Assembly: GCA_012295275.1 (NCBI GenBank)
Contig: CM022670.1
Span: 36,456,001 to 36,520,000 of the forward strand
Reading direction: 5' to 3'
From: Chrysomallon squamiferum
Taxonomy: Eukaryota; Animalia; Mollusca
DNA length: 64,000 nucleotides
Shown: positions 13,494 through 26,907 of the stretch, one piece after another
Position numbering within the stretch: the first letter of the stretch is position 1
Layout: every line of letters begins with the position of its first letter
The notes under the pieces: model-generated
What the model was told of the DNA's origin: nothing
Seen by the model: the letters and a program-made list of their open reading frames with translations, nothing else
The model's database searches: none
Position numbers and translations under genes: made by a program

Positions 13494-13575
13494 GCTGCCA
13501 TCTTGGATTTTAATACATATATAATTTATTATTTAACTTGCCGTATAAATAACTTCTAAACTGAACTGAAAAAGC
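13494..13575 (-). promoter_or_regulatory. Possible core promoter of copy A (TCAGT Inr-like motif followed by YY1-like CAAGATGGCAGC)
   Basis: Motif match about 700 bp upstream of the ATG. It is repeated at 21669-21680 (B) and 58380-58391 (D). An acceptor-like ttttatag about 80 nt before the ATG suggests a non-coding first exon. Confidence 0.3.
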
Positions 13576-14312
13576 ATATAATGAGTACACAGTTTAAGTA
13601 TTCTGAATAATATATTTTTTCAATAAATGGTTTGACCACAAAAGTCAACAGCCTAATAAGATTGATCGTATCATCTACGTTGAATCTCAAAATACGAGTT
13701 TCCACTTGCATTTGTTAAATATGAGACACATTCAACTACAAAGAATAACTTCACATGCAAAAATATATATATATATATTTTTAAAATAGCCCAAAGAAAA
13801 ATCTCACTTATGCGTTATAGCTATAAAACTAAGGTACAATTGTTTTAAAATGCAAAGGATTTTTGTTTCGTTATGAAAGTAAAATATATTGTAATAATTA
13901 AATCAGGTCAAATAATATTGTACATAGAAACCTGATGTATTATATCTTAATGTATTTACGGAGATCAAAAACTGAATTTAAAATATAGGTTCAAATAAAT
14001 ATGATTTTGTATGGCATTTAAAAACGATTGTTGAGATTTTGCTAAATATTTGATCTCTAAATATTTTGATAATAATTCGACACAAGTTAGCTTCTTAGAA
14101 ATATTTAATTGTGTTTATTGGGCTTTCCACATGATAACAAAATAAATCAGTTACAATAAAGAAATTGATATATGAAACAACAAGAAATATTCTATTTATT
14201 TACGTGTCTGTCAGTTTTATAATCAACTTTTTTCTTGTTATTAATTTAATTTATTGTTGTGATTTTATGAATAACTTCTACTGTTACTAAGACTACCATT
14301 AATTTTAATTAA

Positions 14313-14346
<34 letters not shown>

Positions 14347-16241
14347 CAATTTTAATGATACTGTATTTCTCTATTAATAATTATTAGACATTATTAAAGA
14401 TGTTGTAATTTCCTCTGTAGACAATAACAGATAGAGGAAACCCGTTTCAGACCAGCACTAGTTACTGCGCCTGATTACAACAAAGGTTATTTTACGTACC
14501 TTTGGTTTTTAATAAGGCGATGGTGAATTTCTATTTTTGGCTAGTTTTGATAATTATTTATGAAGTCTTAATTTTTAATTGCAATTTATGATTATTCTAT
14601 ACACATTCAATTTTATTACTTTATTTGTATTGTTAATTTAAAAGTCGTTATTTTATTTTTTAGTTTAAATTTTCACAAGTATTTTGTTGAATGCATTTAG
14701 AATTATATGTAAATAAAAATAATCTTAACTGTTTTCGTTAAATACAATTTTTATAAGGACTATGATGTGATTATTATTATTATTATTCTTATTATCCTTA
14801 TCGTGGAATGTTCCATCCTAATAACACAGCCGAATTAAAATGTAATATAAACCAGTGGAAAGAATTTTTTTAAGAACTTGCATCTAATGGATTTTCTTGT
14901 AATGAAAATTTTAATGAGCAAATCCATTGCAGCCTTTCCTTGAGTATTCTTCTTGCGGTATTATTATTAATACAACAATACTCTAAATTTATCTTTCATT
15001 CGTTTTCCTTAAAAAAAAGTGATGTTGATGATGATAATAATACTAATAACATTCCGGAATCGTGTTGAAATTCGAGCTATGTAGTAGCCTACACGTAGGT
15101 TGTTGAAACAAACTGCATAATATAGCGGCATAAAATGAACAATAAAACTAAATCAACAATTTGTAGAAAAGTGTTACATATTTAGGAATGAGAATTCACT
15201 GTTATTAATTCTTTTCGTATTTTACAACAACTACTACATTATAGCAGCAGATGGAAAATAAAATTGATTATACCTTAAATTTTTGTATCCCGTCTTCTTT
15301 TTCCTTACAGTGGAGTACTGCTTTAGCGCCAGACTACACAAAAAATGACTCGTGTGATACAACAAACTGTTAGCAGACGACAGTCTGATAACATCTGTTC
15401 GTGCTGGGTTTTGTGGTAATGATCAATCGTTTTGTGTTTTGTTTTGGTCTTACGTATTATTCACGGATAATGTTTAATCACAATGATGTAAGTGAGCAAA
15501 GACCCTTGCGTGTTTGAACGGTTAGATAGCTGGTATTTACTAAACAACCAGTGCACCTTTTGTTAAGCATCTTTCTGACCTCGTATACCTCCGCTCTCGC
15601 AGTCAGTGAACATGATATACAGTAATTCGCTTGGAACAGTATTTGTAACAGATTGAATGTATTTGAAGTCAAAGCTGTACCCAGTGAACATTCAGTGGTT
15701 CAGACACCTGCGGACTATTGGGTTACGCACATTTTACACTGCTAACAATAAAAACTTAACCATAAAAAATATTTATTTTTGGCTTTTGTATTGACAGTCC
15801 TATAATCAGACAGTCATTTGTGTCATTCTTTTTAAATCTTTATCACAAAATTTAATTCACCCATAATTAATGTTTTAAATTTTTATATATCTAGCTCCTT
15901 TCACTCCATAAAGGAGCATTGTTTCAAATAAAAACTCTAAATGTACAAAATACATCCTGGTAAATAATTAAATAAATAAAAACAACTTCTTTATTAGTAA
16001 AATATATAATAAAACAGTAAACAGTGTTTTGGTGTTCTGTCATTAACTGGTAACTTACAACTGGTTGTTAACATTTGATATTTACCATTAATCCTTAAAG
16101 TTAAATATTAATATACTTCACAGAAACATGTCAGAAATTATTAAAGGATACTTAAATAATGGCTTTTTAGAAAAATAATAAATACATGCACCTGTGTGTT
16201 TATGTAAATATACGTATCAAAAAATAATTAACTTGAGCACA

Positions 16242-16283
<42 letters not shown>

Positions 16284-17232
16284 TTTTTAGAAAATGTCTC
16301 AACATCTAGTTAGATATTTTACACCCAGTCAGTTAAAATAAATAAATAAAAAATATAAATAAATAAATAAATAAATAAAGAATTAAATAAAGAAATAAAG
16401 AAAGAAATAAAATAAAGAAAAAGCTACAGAATATATCAACATCGAAAGCAAAAGAATTTTAAAAAGATAAAAATGTACTCTTAAAAGTACTGTTTTGTAT
16501 GTATGTATGTATATGTGTTTGTGTGTAATTTAATTTAATAATTATAAAAATTGCGGCAAATTGTCTTTCCAAGTTAGTGTATTAGAAATTGTAGTAAGTA
16601 AAAATAATAACAATCAGGTATTTGTTTTAATAATGTGATAATGTTCTTTGAGTAAGGGACTCATATAATCAACCATGGAACTAAGGCCGTATACTACGCA
16701 CTTATGAGATAATTCGATAGACATGGTCTACTTGATTTTTGGCGTTATGTCAAAACTATATCTTTAATAATATAGATTTTTATAATGTTTTAAAATGTTT
16801 TTTTTTATACTGGTTTTAAATTTTAGTGCATATTTGTTTTGTTTGTTTGTTGTTTTTTCGTTTTTGTTTTTTTTTTAATACTAGCCCTCCCAAGATAGAT
16901 TATCAAAGTATTTTCATCATTGTATTATTAATTGAATATTAAATATTCACGAGAGAATAAGATTATATTGTTGTATATATACATGTACAACTAGAATAAG
17001 AGTTATAACAAAATAAAACACTAAATTGTTATTTTTATTATTATTATTATTATTAAATTTAATCACACACACACATATGCACACATATTTAGGGGTATAT
17101 TTACTCTCTTTTAAAAATTATTTTGCTTTTTTTAATATTTTCTGGGGATATTTCATTATTTTGTAGTTTATTTATTTATTTACATTTTTCATTTATTTAT
17201 TTTTAATTATTGTTATTATATATATGTGTGTA

Positions 17233-17282
<50 letters not shown>

Positions 17283-20200
17283 TACAGGCATATGTTTCTT
17301 GTTTGATGTTGAGTGGGTGTAAAATATGTCACTAAGTGTTGAGAGTTTTTCTAAAAAAAATTTTAAAAGTTTTTAAAAAAATTCCATATTTCGTTATGAA
17401 CTTATTTTGTAATTATTTTGTATACGTATATGGTATATATTATTTTTCTATAAAGCCACTATTTAATTATCCTCTACATAATCTGACATGTTTCTGTGAT
17501 ACTACTGATAGTTAACTTTAATGATTAAATATCAAAGGTTAACAACCAATTTTAAGCTATTAATTAATGACAGAATACCAAAACACTGTTTACTGTTTTA
17601 TTATATATTTTACTAATAAAGAAGCTGTTTTTATATTTTTAATTATTTACCAGGATGTATTTTGAATCGACAGACTAATTACTTAAAACAATGCTCCTTT
17701 ATTAAGTGAAAAGAGCTAGATACACAATAGTATTAAAATTATTAAAAATTAATCATGGGTGAATCAAATTTTATGATAAAGATTTAAATAGAGTGACACA
17801 TCAAAACCACAAAAAAACAACACGAACTGGTATTAGCACACTGTCGTCTGCTGACAATTCAACATATCACGCGAGTCATTTTTCTTCTGTAGGCTGGCCC
17901 AAAAAAGAGTACCCGACTGGAAGGAAAAAGAAAACGGGATACTAGTTTCAAGGTATTATCAATTTTATTTTCACTCTGCTGCTATAATGTAGTACTTGCT
18001 GCAATATATAAAAATAATGAATAAGAATGAATGTTCATTTGTCAGTATTTAGTACTTTTATACAAATACTTGGTTTAGTTTTACTGTTCATTTTATTACG
18101 CCATATCATGCAGTTTATTTCAACAACCTATATTTGTTATTATCCTATTACGAATGTACATAGCTCCAATTACAACATAATTCCCGAAAATCATTATTAC
18201 TATCATTATCATCTTTTTTTCTTTTTAAGGAAAACGAATGAAAGATAAATTTAAAGTATTGGAATAAAAACGAAAATGTTTTATTCAAATAATAATAATA
18301 ATAATAATAAGAAGAAGAAATACAATAAAGAGAAATTTCGTCAACAGCAAACAACAACAGTAATAATAATGATAGTAATAATAAGAAGAATCCATAAGAA
18401 TACCCAGCGAATGGATTTGCTCATTCAAATTTTCATTACAAGAAAAACAGTTAGATGCAAGTTCTTAACCAAATACTTTCTCCTCGTCTATATTACATTG
18501 TGACTGGGCTATTTTATTAGGATGGGATATGCCACAGTGATGATAATAATAATAATAATAACAACAATCATATCATAGTCGTTATACAAAGTTCATTTAA
18601 CGAAAACAGTTAAAATTATTTTTATTTACATATAATTATAAGTACATTCAACAAAATACTTGTAAAATTTTATAATAACAACTTTTAACGTAACAATATA
18701 AAGAAAGTAATAAATTGCAATGATCTCTAAATACTTTTTAAAAAAAAAATAAATTATCATTAAAAATTATGATTTAAATAATTATCAAAACTAACGAAAA
18801 ATAACGGAATTAATAAATAATTAAAACATGGCTTCAGGAACAGTTCAGATTAGAAATTCATCATCGCCGTATTAAAACCAAAAGTACGTAAAATAACCTT
18901 TGTTGTAATCAGGCACAGTAAGTGATTTATTTAAATTTTTTATTTATTTATTTTAACTGACTAGATGTAAAATATCTAACTAGATGTTGAGACATTTTCT
19001 AAAAAAAAAAAAAATATATATATATTGTGCTCAAGTTTATTATTTTTTGATACGTATATTTACATAAACACACAGGTGCATGTATTTATTATTTTTCTAA
19101 AAAGCCATTATTTAAGTATCCTCTAATAATTTCTGACATGTTTCTGTGAAGTATATTAATATTTAACTTTAAGGATTAATGGTAAATATCAAATGTTAAC
19201 AACCAGTTGTAAGTTACCAGTTAATGACAGAACACCAAAACACTGTTTACTGTTTTATTATATATTTGACTAATTAAGAAGTTGTTTTTATTTATTTAAT
19301 TATTTTCCAGGATGTATTTTGTATCTATAGAGTTTTTATTTGAAACAATGCTCCTTTATGGAGTGAAAGGAGCTAGATATATAAAAATTTGAAACATTAA
19401 TTATGGGTGAATTAAATTTTGTCATAAAGATTTAAAAAGAATGACACAAATGACATTGCTTCAGTCTGATTATAGGACTGTCAATACAACAGACAAAAAT
19501 AAATATTTTTTATGGCTAAGTTTTTATTGTTAGCAGTGTAAAATGTGCGTAACCCAATAGTACGCAGGTGTCTGAGCCACTGAATTCTCACTGGGTACAG
19601 CTTTGTCTTCAAACACATTCAATCTGTAACAAATACTTTCCCAAGCGAATTACTGTATATCGTGTTCACTGACTGCGAGAGCGGAGGTATACGAGGTCAG
19701 AAAGATGCTTAACAAAAGGTGCACTGGTTGTTTAGTAAACACCAACGTTCAAACACGCAAGGGTCTTTGGTAACTTACTTCATTGTGATTATACATTATC
19801 CGTGAATAATATGTAAGATCAAAACAAAACACAAAACCATTGATCATTACCTAGCACGAACAGATGTTACCAGACTGGCGTCTGCTAACAGTTTGTTGTA
19901 TCACACGAGTCAGTTTTTGTGTAGTCTCTCGCTAAAGCAGTACTCCACTGTAAGGAAAAAGAAAACGGAATACTAATTTTAAGGTATAATCAATTTTATT
20001 TTCAATCTGCAGCTATAATGTAGTAGTTGCTGTAAAATACGAAAAGAATTAATAAGAGTGAATTCTCATTCCTAAATACGTAACACTTTTATACAAATTG
20101 TCGATTTAGTTTTATTGTTCATTTTATGCCGCCAAATTATGCAGTTTGTTTCAACAACCTACGTGTAGACTACTACATAGCTCGAATTTCAACATGATTC

Positions 20201-20873
20201 CGGAATGTTATTAGTATTATTATCATCATTAACATCACTTTTTTTAAGGAAAACGAATGAAAGATAAATTTAGAGTATTGTTGTATTAATAATAATACCG
20301 CAAGAAGAATACTCAAGGAAAGGCTGCAATGGATCTGCTGATTAAAATTTTCATTACAAGACAATCCATTAGATGCAATTTAAAAAAAACAAAAATACTT
20401 TCCACTGGTTTATATTACATTTTAATTCGGCTATGTTATTAGGATGGAAGATATCACGATAATGATAATAAGAATAATAATAAGAACAATCACATCATAG
20501 TCGTTATAAAAATTGTATTTAACGAAAACAGTTAAGATTATTTTTATTTACATATAATTCTAAGTGCATTCAACAAAATACTTCTGAAAATACTTGTTAC
20601 TTTTAAATTAACAATACAAATAAAGTAATAAAATTGAATGTGTGTAGAATAATTGTAAATTGTCATAAATAATTATCAAAACTAGCCAAAAATAGAAATT
20701 CACCATCGCCTCATTAAAAACCAAAGGTACTAAAATAACTCATGTGCAGTAACTCATGTTTCTCTGAATCGGGTTTCCTCTATCTGTTATTGTCTACAGA
20801 CGAAATTACAACATATTTATAGAAGTCATATCTAATAATTATTAATAGAGAAATACAGTATCATTAAATATTG

Positions 20874-20906
<33 letters not shown>

Positions 20907-22205
20907 CTTAATTAAAAATAATGGTAGTCTTAGTAACAATAGTAGTTATTCATAAAATCACAACAATAAATTAAATTAATAACAAGAAAAAAGTTGATTA
21001 TAAAACTGACAGACACGTAAATAAATAGAATATTTCTTGTTGTTTCATATATCAATTTCTTAATTGTAACTGATTTATTTTGTTATCATGTGGAAAGCCC
21101 AATAACACAAGGAAATATTTCTAAGAAGCTAACTTGTGTCGAATTATTATCAAAATATTTAGAGATCAAATAATTAGCAAAATCTCAACAATCGTTTTTA
21201 AATGCCATACAAAATCATATTTATTTGAACCTATATTTTAAATTCAGTTTTTGATCTCCGTAAATACATTAAGATATAATACATCAGGTTTCTATGTACA
21301 ATATTATTTGACCTGATTTAATTATTACAATATATTTTACTTTCATAACGAAACAAAAATCCTTTGCATTTTAAAACAATTGTACCTTAGTTTTATAGCT
21401 ATAACGCATAAGTGAGATTTTTCTTTGGGCTATTTTTAAAAAAATATATATATATTTTTGCATGTGAAGTTATTCTTTGTAGTTGAATGTGTCTCATATT
21501 TTTAAGTGGAAAATGTATTTTGGAAACTGTTTTTGGTCAAACCATTTACTGTTGAAAAATATATTATTCAGAATACTTAAACTGTGTACTCATTATATGC
21601 TTTTTCAGTTCAGTTTAGAAGTTATTTATACGGCAAGTTAAATAATAAATTATATATGTATTAAAATCCAAGATGGCAGCATTGAGAGTGGAAATAATGT
21701 AGTTGTTTTTTTCCCATTTTTTTCTTTCTTTCTTTCTTTCTTTCTTTAGTTAGTTAATTATTATTTTTTTACTAATTTTACTAGCTACCAAGACGTATAG
21801 TACGTTCATTTTAATAGTTGTGACAGTAAAATTATTTGTTTGTTTGTTTGTTTAGTTAGTTATTTAGTTACTTAGTTATTTTTACTGTTACCAACCTTAA
21901 TAGCTGCAACATCAAATCTACTACAGGAATAATAATAGAAATTTATTTATTCACAGTATTATCCATTTTTATATTAAAATAAACAAAACATTTCCCAGCA
22001 CTGCTGGTGATGACATGTCAGATTATAACAAATATATGGTTTAATAGATACTGGTACTGCGACATGTTATAAGTGAGTTGCAATTTGCAGAAAAGATAAA
22101 GTTGAGATTTCTCCTAGATGACTACTGTTTTATTTATGTTAAGTATCGGTTACTGGGTTATTTTTATTTGTACAGGCGATTTAGTTTTTGTTAAGTTTCA
22201 TTTAA

Positions 22206-22270
<65 letters not shown>

Positions 22271-23071
22271 CTTCATTATAAATCATCTTCATCATCATTA
22301 TTAATATGAATAATATTTGACTTCTTACTTTTATAGTAGGAACAGCTTCATAAACTTCCGGAAATAAACAAGTTTTCAGTTTCTTTGACTGATAAATACC
22401 ATTTCTACTAAATACAATGGCTTCACCATCTTCATCCGAAGAAATGGACGAAACGGCGAAACAAAATCTCTTAAAAGTTATGAGAGAAATCTCGCCGGAA
22501 TTTATCAGATCTGTCCAGCCGACGTTTGAAGAAATGCTAAAACAGTCATAAACTTCGCATTCTTCCCATGAAATGCAACGAGATGTCCATGAGAACAGTA
22601 ATATTCAACTGGAAGAACAAAAAAAGGAAATATCATATCTTTCTGCCAGATTGAAAAAAGCTGAAGACGAACTCAGAAAGAAGGATGAGTTTTTGTACAC
22701 CACCGTGAAAGATATGTCCCAGGTCATGAACAAGTCTTTAGATATAACAGAGAGACTGGGCACAAAATTTCAAATATACATGGTGAAGGATGATAGATTG
22801 AAAGAAATACAGATGTTGAGGCAACAATGCAAAGCGCTGGAAAAGTCCTTAGCGGCAGAAGTGAAATCTCACAATCGCCTGTTGATGAAAGTAAGTAAAA
22901 ATTTAGTAGTAACTTTGAATTTGTTTTCGTTGTGGTGCCTGTGCACCCATTTACACGTATCTTGTGCAAATCGGTCAACCCTATGTATGATAATGTTACG
23001 AATTCAGCAAAATAATGGCATCCATATATTTTTTCAGTTGTATTGTTATACTTCATTAAAATTGGACAGTA

Positions 23072-23111
<40 letters not shown>

Positions 23112-23113
<2 letters not shown>

Positions 23114-25233
23114 GGTTGACATTCAAAAATCCGGTTCTTTCAGATTTCTGGCATGGATTTCGGAGCCCATTTTAAAATTTACCTTGTTGGCGCGCAACTG
23201 TTTTCTGGAGGCGCTGTTTGAGTTTTTATGGTTCTGTACTCCAGAATCAGCTGTTGGGTCTTGCTTGCACCTGCTAACAGTTATTCCTGCTCATTCCTTC
23301 TCATTTTATCATTTGTTTGCTGCTGTACAACACCATTATGCATTCAGCAAAAAAAAAAAAAAAAAGAGGTGCCGTAAAACGTAAACATCGTGTGTTGTCG
23401 ATCACAGAGAAACTGGAAATGCTAAAAAAATCTTAATATCGACGTGTCTGTGCAAACCATTTGTGAAACATACGACACTGCCTCCTTCAACAGTGTATGA
23501 TGTTAAAAAACAGAAAGAAAAACTGTTAGTGGATCAAAAAAGCAAATGTTTATAAGGAAGTCAATGACGGAGGGAAAAGTTAGGAACTGGATCCAGTTCT
23601 CATAATCTGGTTTAATCTTCGTGTAAGTGAAGGTGTGAAAATTTCTGGTGAATTATTAAAGGAACAAGGCAAAGTGTTTCACGAAGAGCTGGGATTGCAA
23701 CAAGTATGAATATTCAGAAGGTTGGCTGCATCGTTTCAAGTCGCGACATTGCTTACAGCTTCGTGCGGTGTGTGGTAAAAAAAACGTTCAGCTGAAAAAG
23801 ATGCGGCTAGTGCATTTGTGGATGAATTTGCAAAGTTAGTTAGTGATGAACATTTACGTCCTAAACAAGAGTGCAATGCTGACGAGACTGCCTTGTTTTG
23901 GAGATGTGCGCCAAAAAGAACTGTGACAACTAAGAATGCAGAATCGCCATCGAAGGATCGCGTCACTGTAATGTTCTGCTCTATTGCTGCGGGTATCCAC
24001 AGATGTAAGTTGCTTGTTATCAGGAAAAGTTTACATCCATGGGCCTTCGAGGGAATGACACAGTTTCCTGTCTATTACCGTGCCATCAAGAAGGGGTGGG
24101 TTACCACTGATATTACATTGGATTGGTTTCAAAACTGTTTTGTTCCTGGGGCTAGGACACACTGTAACACAGTTGGAGTATACCCTAAATGCAAGATATT
24201 TAGATGATTGTTCGGCACTTCCAAAAGATAATGTTTTTGTTGTCCACCTCCCATCCGACTGCACATCACTAATTCAACCACAGGAAAATGGTATTATACG
24301 TTCAATGAAGTGTAAGTATCGAGCCCTGTTAATGAGGCGCCTAGCGAGTTCACTTAATTCAGGCACCCCAGTTCAGAATTCATAAACGAATTCAACATTA
24401 CGGATGCAGTGTACTGCGTTGCCAATTCATGGAAGTCTGTGAAAACATCAACACTGAAAAATGGATGGCATAAATTGTGGCCAAGTTTAATGTTTACTTC
24501 TCATTCTAAAGAAGACACAGAAAATAATTTTGGAGGGTTTAGGGTTTCCAAAGAAAAGCAGCTTTAACAGGAACTTATTGCTTATATTAAAGATGTAACT
24601 AATCCTGATGCCAAGAATTTCATCAAGGATAAATGAAGATCTTTTAAAGATTGGATGGATGTTGATGACAATGTGCCTACAGTTCATCATTACACTGATT
24701 CTGAAATTGTAGATACGGTTAAAACTCTGAAAATAGCTAGAAGCAGGAAGAAGCAGGGGCAGTGTCCACACTTGATAAACCACTGCCATCAACTTCAAGT
24801 CAACCAGATGTGCAACCACCATCAACATATTCCTATTGCTGAGAATATTGTCAATGTCAGTGATGAAGATGCTGATCCTGCTATTTAGCCCATCTGCTAT
24901 TTAGTTTCTTTTCGAGGGTACAGTAATGAATAAAATTCAGAGAAACTATTTTATTTAGTTGAATTAAAATTCTGAGATTTTTCTAAATTCAGATTCTGAG
25001 GATCTATTTTATTTAGTTGAATTAAAATTCTGTAGAACTATTTTACTTAGTTGGTGAACATTAAAATTTCATTTGCTTTTCATTTAGTGTTCAATTTTCT
25101 TTCTTTAAAGGACTGTACAGGTACTAATTTTCTGTTAAATATACACAGCATATATAACCATAAAAAATCCGGCATTTTTGAAAATCCGTCACTTTTCACG
25201 TCCGGAGGTTGCCGGATTTTTTAATGTGAACTT

Positions 25234-25234
<1 letters not shown>
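23112..25234 (+). mobile_element. Near full-length degenerate pogo/Tigger (Jerky-like) transposon
   Basis: TIRs TA|CTGGTTGACATTCAAAAATCCGG and CCGGATTTTTTAATGTGAACTTG|TA, with broken HTH and DDE coding ('NADETALFW', 'LPSDCTSLIQPQENGII'). It is embedded in (TAA)n. Confidence 0.9.
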
Positions 25235-25307
<73 letters not shown>

Positions 25308-25376
25308 CAATGATACATAAATAAATAATAATAATAATAATAATCAATGATAAATAAATAAATAAATAATAAAAGA

Positions 25377-25645
25377 GCGGTCCATTTTTGCTTGGAGTTG
25401 CGAGTCAATATCCGAGTTACGAGCTAGCTTCAGATACGCCGCCGTTATCCGAAAAACATGAGAGAGGTGTGCATATAGTCGACTTGGCTAGGCAGTACGA
25501 GCGTAGTACTTTAACGATATGTACCATTCTGAAGCAGAAGGAGCCAATAAAGGCTATAACTCCAGCCAAAGGGGTTAAAACAATTTCTAGGATGCGGACC
25601 TCTTTCGATGAAATAATGGAGAAACCCTAACCCTATACACTTTAC
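25377..25645 (+). mobile_element. Deleted remnant of the Tigger HTH element
   Basis: Translation 'EKHERGVHIVDLARQYERSTLTICTILKQKEPIK', homologous to 10244-10930. Confidence 0.7.
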
Positions 25646-26873
25646 AAGAAATAAAAAGATTACTTTAGATCTAATGGAAATAGTCTGCTAAAAATGAAGT
25701 CAGTTGACATGTTGACGTTAAACGAAGAATTTACTGTATGATGTTACTGCAGCAGTAAATAAAGAGAAAAATCTGGAATCAAAGATCAGTAATAAAGCAT
25801 TTATTTTCTAACGAAGAAAGCTATTAAAAGTTTCCGTCTACGTGTATATTATGGAAAATATTAATTTCATTTGTTCATATTTAATTTCAGCTAAAGAAAA
25901 TTAATACATCTGTTTTGAAAAGTCAAGAAGAATATAAAGAAGCAATACGTAGTTTACAGGAATCAACAGAAAATACCAACAGCAAGTTAACAGATCTGCT
26001 GACTTTGGCAGAGGAAAGCCAACGATCAAATGTGAATGGCAGCCATATGCCTGCACACATTTTAGGACTTGCATTTCGAATTGAAAAAGAGTTTGGTATG
26101 TTTAGAATCAGCTTCGAGACTAAAAAATTTAAACTTAAGAAAACAACAATAAAAGTGTGTGTGTGTGTGTGTGTGTGTCACAACCAAATAATTAATAATA
26201 ATCAGCAATAATCGAATCAGAAGCCATGTAGTAATGATGATAACACTATATATTATTATTACCTTTTCATTTTGATATTTTATTACAGCGTTTCTCAGTA
26301 TTTGATTTAATTTATATTTATTTATTTATTTATTCATTTGGTTGTCGACATTGTTGCTGAATGTTGTTTTTTTTCTCAGGGGATTGTCGTTTTTGATTAT
26401 TTATAATTGTTTGTTTGTTTTAATGAATTATTCACCTGCTTCTGCAGACGACAAAGATAAAGTCAAGCAGTAAATGTCTTGGCTTAAACAGCAGTTCAGT
26501 GGAGAAAACAGTTAATGAAGCAAGTTGAAAAGGTTTCTGGGACGTGCTGTACGAATGGAACAAAACGTCACAGTCTGTCGCTGTTCTGATTTCCGCTTGT
26601 CAAAACTTATCTATCGTCTCATTGTCCGGTAAGATTGCCTTATTATCAGTGAAATATATTTGTTGCTCGTTTCTGTCTAATTACTATTTTTCATGTGTTA
26701 TTTAACATAAATCTGACTATTAGAAAACATTTTTTCTTGTTGTTGTTTTTTCCATTGAGACTATTTCAGTTTTTTTTCAAAGAAATTGTAAAACAGAATA
26801 TAGCAAGAATCGTAGAATGTTCACAAATTCTTACCGTTTTCTTTTTTAAAACAGATTATTATTTTCTAAACTA

Positions 26874-26907
<34 letters not shown>

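Noticed and set aside
15480-15740. GC-richer island upstream of copy A (also near 19530-19790 and 60190-60385) as an exon or ncRNA
   Set aside because: The frame is not conserved among the copies, it has no recognisable RNA motif, and it is absent from the older copy near 17800; probably a TE fragment.
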